Assembly (NCBI GenBank): GCA_963708135.1
Contig: OY970192.1
Location: forward strand, 3,232,001 to 3,296,000
Reading direction: 5' to 3'
Length of the DNA: 64,000 nucleotides
Source of the DNA: an uncultured Gemmatimonadales bacterium
Lineage (GTDB): Bacteria; Gemmatimonadota; Gemmatimonadetes; Longimicrobiales; RSA9
Program-made: the position numbers and the translations under genes
Shown: positions 61,265 to 64,000 of the stretch, in pieces
How the letters are laid out: each line of letters begins with the position of its first letter
How positions within the stretch are numbered: position 1 is the first letter of the stretch
Notes under the pieces: generated by a model
The model's database searches: none
Told to the model about the DNA's origin: nothing
The model's input: the letters and a program-made list of their open reading frames with translations, nothing else

Positions 61265-62443
61265 TCACGGAGTCGTGTACTTGAGACCGCTCCCGGTGTT
61301 GAACAGGACGACCTCCTCGCGCGCGTCGAGCAGGCCGCGCTCCCGCAGCAGCGGCACCGCCGCGGCGGTGGCGGCGCCCTCGGGCGCGGCGAAGACGCCG
61401 GTGGTGCGGCCGACCAGGCGGACGGCATCCGCCATGGCCTCGTCGGAGACGGCGATGGCGGCGCCGCCCGACTCGCGGATGCCGCGCAGGATCAGGAAGT
61501 CGCCGACGGCGCGCGGGACGCGCAGCCCGGCCGCGTAGGTGTGGGCGTCCGCCCACGGCTCCGCGGCCTCCTCGCCGCGCTCCCAGGCGCGCACGATCGG
61601 GGCGCATCCCGCTGCCTGGACGGAGATCATGCGCGGCCGCTCGGCGCCGATCCAGCCGAGCGCCTCCATCTCGGCAAAGGCCTTCCACATCCCGACCAGC
61701 CCCGTGCCGCCGCCGGTCGGGTAGATGATGACGTCGGGCAGCCGGCCGCCGAGCTGCTCGAACAGCTCGTAGCCCATGGTCTTCTTCCCCTCCACGCGGT
61801 ACGGCTCCTTCAGGGTGGAGAGGTCGAACCAGCCGTGCGCGGCCGCGCCCTGCGCCACCCGAGCGCCCGCATCCGTGATGAGCCCGGGGACGAGCTGGAG
61901 GTCGGCGCCGAGCGAGCGGATCTCCTGCACGATCGGCGACGGCGTGTCCTCCGGCACCACCACGTGCGCCACCATCCCGGCGGCCGCCGCGTACGCGGCC
62001 GTGGCGGAGCCCGCGTTGCCGGCGGATGGGATGGCGACCTCGCCCACCCCGAGCTCCCGCGCGCGCGCGACCGCCATGGCCAGCCCGCGCGCCTTGAAGC
62101 TGCCCGTCGGGTTCTGCCCCTCGTCCTTGACCCACAGCTTCTCCACGCCGAGCTCCGCGGCGAGGCGCGGCGCGGCGAGCAGCGGCGTGAAACCCTCGCC
62201 CAGCGTGAGCCGGAACGCCGCCTCCCGCACCGGCAGCACCTCGGCGTAGCGCCAGAGCGTGGGCGCGCGGCCGGTCAGGTCGAAGGGGCGGAAATGCGGA
62301 CGGATGGCGTCCAGGTCGTAGCGCGCGTAGAGCGGCTTCTCGCAGCACGGCGAGAGCCGCCACGGCCGCTCGCTCTCGTAGTGCTCGCCGCACCGCGTGC
62401 ACTCCAGGTACGCGGCGCCTTTCCTGTTCAGCAGAATGGACAT
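61265..62443 (-). CDS. thrC: Threonine synthase
   Basis: LGEGFTP, NPTGSFKARG, PSAGNAG, EGKKT, YPTGGGTG, FNTGSGLKY. Confidence 0.92.
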   Translation of the reverse strand: MSILLNRKGAAYLECTRCGEHYESERPWRLSPCCEKPLYARYDLDAIRPHFRPFDLTGRAPTLWRYAEVLPVREAAFRLTLGEGFTPLLAAPRLAAELGVEKLWVKDEGQNPTGSFKARGLAMAVARARELGVGEVAIPSAGNAGSATAAYAAAAGMVAHVVVPEDTPSPIVQEIRSLGADLQLVPGLITDAGARVAQGAAAHGWFDLSTLKEPYRVEGKKTMGYELFEQLGGRLPDVIIYPTGGGTGLVGMWKAFAEMEALGWIGAERPRMISVQAAGCAPIVRAWERGEEAAEPWADAHTYAAGLRVPRAVGDFLILRGIRESGGAAIAVSDEAMADAVRLVGRTTGVFAAPEGAATAAAVPLLRERGLLDAREEVVLFNTGSGLKYTTP

Positions 62444-62515
62444 CCTGGCTCTCGGCTGAGGTACGGCCCGGAAGATAGCGCCCGGCCGGCCGTTCTGCAC
62501 CGGGGCGATAACGGC

Positions 62516-62628
62516 GAGAGTGGGAGACCACGGGCCAGCGGCGCGGGCTACGCGGCTCCCGGGGCCTCGCGCCCCGCCCGGCGCGCCGCGCGCCGGCCGC
62601 ATCCCCCACTCCCCCACTCTCCCACTCC
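62516..62628. repeat. Miniature element with GAGTGGGA / CCCACTC inverted arms
   Basis: GAGAGTGGGAGACC ... CCCCCACTCCCCCACTCTCCCACTCC. Confidence 0.75.
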
Positions 62629-62652
62629 GGGAACGGGCGGGCGAGGGGAGGC

Positions 62653-62931
62653 CTACTCCTCCCGCAGGTCCGTCATGACCTTGCCGGGGCGGCCGTAATG
62701 GTCGCCGCCGATCGGACGGGCGCGCGCGAAGGCGGCGCGCAGCGCGTCCTCGTCCATGTCCTCGAGCGAGCCGGCGGGCACCGCGGCGCGGCGCGGTGGC
62801 CGGTTCGCGGCGCTCGTGCGGAACTCGAGCACCTCCTGCGCCTCGGCGATCTCCGCGCCGCTCGCCTCCGTCTCACTGGTGACGGGGCGCACCTCCCACT
62901 CGCACCCTTCGGCCTCGATCTTCTGCCACAT
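62653..62931 (-). CDS. Small hypothetical protein
   Basis: GAGGTG RBS; plausible composition (LEFR...PPRR..VPAGSL...ARPIGGDHYGRPGK). Confidence 0.65.
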   Translation of the reverse strand: MWQKIEAEGCEWEVRPVTSETEASGAEIAEAQEVLEFRTSAANRPPRRAAVPAGSLEDMDEDALRAAFARARPIGGDHYGRPGKVMTDLREE

Positions 62932-63083
62932 CGGCCACACCTCTCGTCTCGCGTTCGGGACCCTCGCCGTGTCCGGCGGTGTCGGAGGAAAGGAACAGGA
63001 GCAAGGGGAATGCCGGCGAGGACGGCGCCGTCGGATTCATGCCGGGCAACCCTGGCGGGCGGCCACGGCATCAGAGGGAGCAC

Positions 63084-63650
63084 ATGAGCACCGCAGCGGA
63101 CGAACAGGTACTGCTGGCACGGGCCCGCGAGGGCGACCGCGACGCGATGCAGGCGCTCTACCGGCGCCACGCGCCACGCGTCTATGCCGTGGTACGTCGG
63201 CTGGCGGGGGAGGATGCGCTCGCGGAGGACTGGGCGCAGGAGGCGTGGATCCGGGCGTTCCGGGCGCTGCCGCGGTTCCGGGGCGAGTCGAAGTTCTCGA
63301 CGTGGCTGCACCGCGTGGCCGTGAACGCGGCGCTGCACGCGCGCCGGCGGAGCGAGCGGCGGCGGGGCCGCGAGGAGCCGCTCGACCCGACGCTCGCCTC
63401 GCCGCCGGTTCCCGGCGACGGGCTGCTGCGGGCGCGGCTGGAGCGGGCGCTCGAGCGGCTGCCGGAGGGAATGCGGGAGGTGCTCGTGCTGCACGACGTG
63501 GAGGGACACACGCACGAGGAGATCGGGGCACTGCTCGGCATCGCGCCGGGCACCTCGAAGAGTCAGCTGTTCAAGGCCCGGGCCCACATGAGGCGGATGC
63601 TGCGCCCCGCGCCCGAGGCGAGCAACGGAGAAGAGGTATGTCGCATTTGA
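63084..63650 (+). CDS. ECF RNA polymerase sigma factor
   Basis: AEDWAQEAWIRA, FRGESKFSTWLHRVAVN, region 4 HEEIG..LG...GTSKSQL. Confidence 0.93.
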   Translation: MSTAADEQVLLARAREGDRDAMQALYRRHAPRVYAVVRRLAGEDALAEDWAQEAWIRAFRALPRFRGESKFSTWLHRVAVNAALHARRRSERRRGREEPLDPTLASPPVPGDGLLRARLERALERLPEGMREVLVLHDVEGHTHEEIGALLGIAPGTSKSQLFKARAHMRRMLRPAPEASNGEEVCRI

Positions 63651-64000
63651 GCCTGGAATCGCTGGCGCGGCTCGTGGACGAGCCGCCGGGGCCGGCCGAG
63701 GCGGAGCACCTGCGGGCGTGCGCGCCGTGCCGGGCCGAGCTGGAGGCGCTGCGCGAGCAGGCGGCGGCGCTCGCGGCGCTGCCCGACCCCGCGCCGCCGT
63801 CGGAGGGGTGGGAGCGCCTCGCGGCGCGGCTTGACGCGGAGCGGGCGCCGACCCCGCGCCCCTGGGCCGCGCGCCACCCGTGGGTCATCCGGGCCGCGGC
63901 GTCGATCGGGATCTTCCTGCTCGGCGGCGTGGCCGGCGCGGCGGCCGTGCGCGCCGGCGTCGCCCCCGCCGGTGCGGCGCGATCCGCGGCCGCCGTCACG
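63638..64000 (+). CDS. Zinc-binding anti-sigma factor (truncated by window end)
   Basis: Read from the sequence: MSHLSLESLARLVDE...EHLRACAPCRAE (HxxxCxxC) followed by a TM helix; overlaps the sigma stop. Confidence 0.85.
   Translation, partial: MSHLSLESLARLVDEPPGPAEAEHLRACAPCRAELEALREQAAALAALPDPAPPSEGWERLAARLDAERAPTPRPWAARHPWVIRAAASIGIFLLGGVAGAAAVRAGVAPAGAARSAAAVT

Overview
Very GC-rich bacterial chromosomal window. Gene content (SprA-like protein, DUF5916, OAR-type TonB receptor) suggests a Gemmatimonadota-like FCB organism; this is inference. Ordinary content: M28 peptidase, SprA-like outer-membrane protein divergent from lptFG, a DapF-fold enzyme, a LacI-controlled beta-glucan uptake locus (TBDR, GH144, ABC transporter, discoidin/GH, GH1, MalK), a signalling cluster, metH-yitJ, pepP, D-aminoacylase, DksA-like protein, thrC and an ECF sigma/anti-sigma pair. 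The main unexplained signal is a repeat system. Two four-helix-bundle (TIGR02436/23S-IVP, Avd-like) genes are each bracketed by inverted arms of their own short repeat (GAGTGGGA 8-mer; TTCGCW 6-mer). The 8-mer arms also bound an 11 x 225 bp + 3 x 141 bp tandem array and occur as orphan copies just after stop codons across the window. The 6-mer occurs in frame inside metH. Other notable observations: a SAM-II-like riboswitch with an inserted hairpin and a terminator, a LacI gene apparently starting at ACG, a Ser/Ser DapF, and a GH1 gene lying antisense inside its operon.
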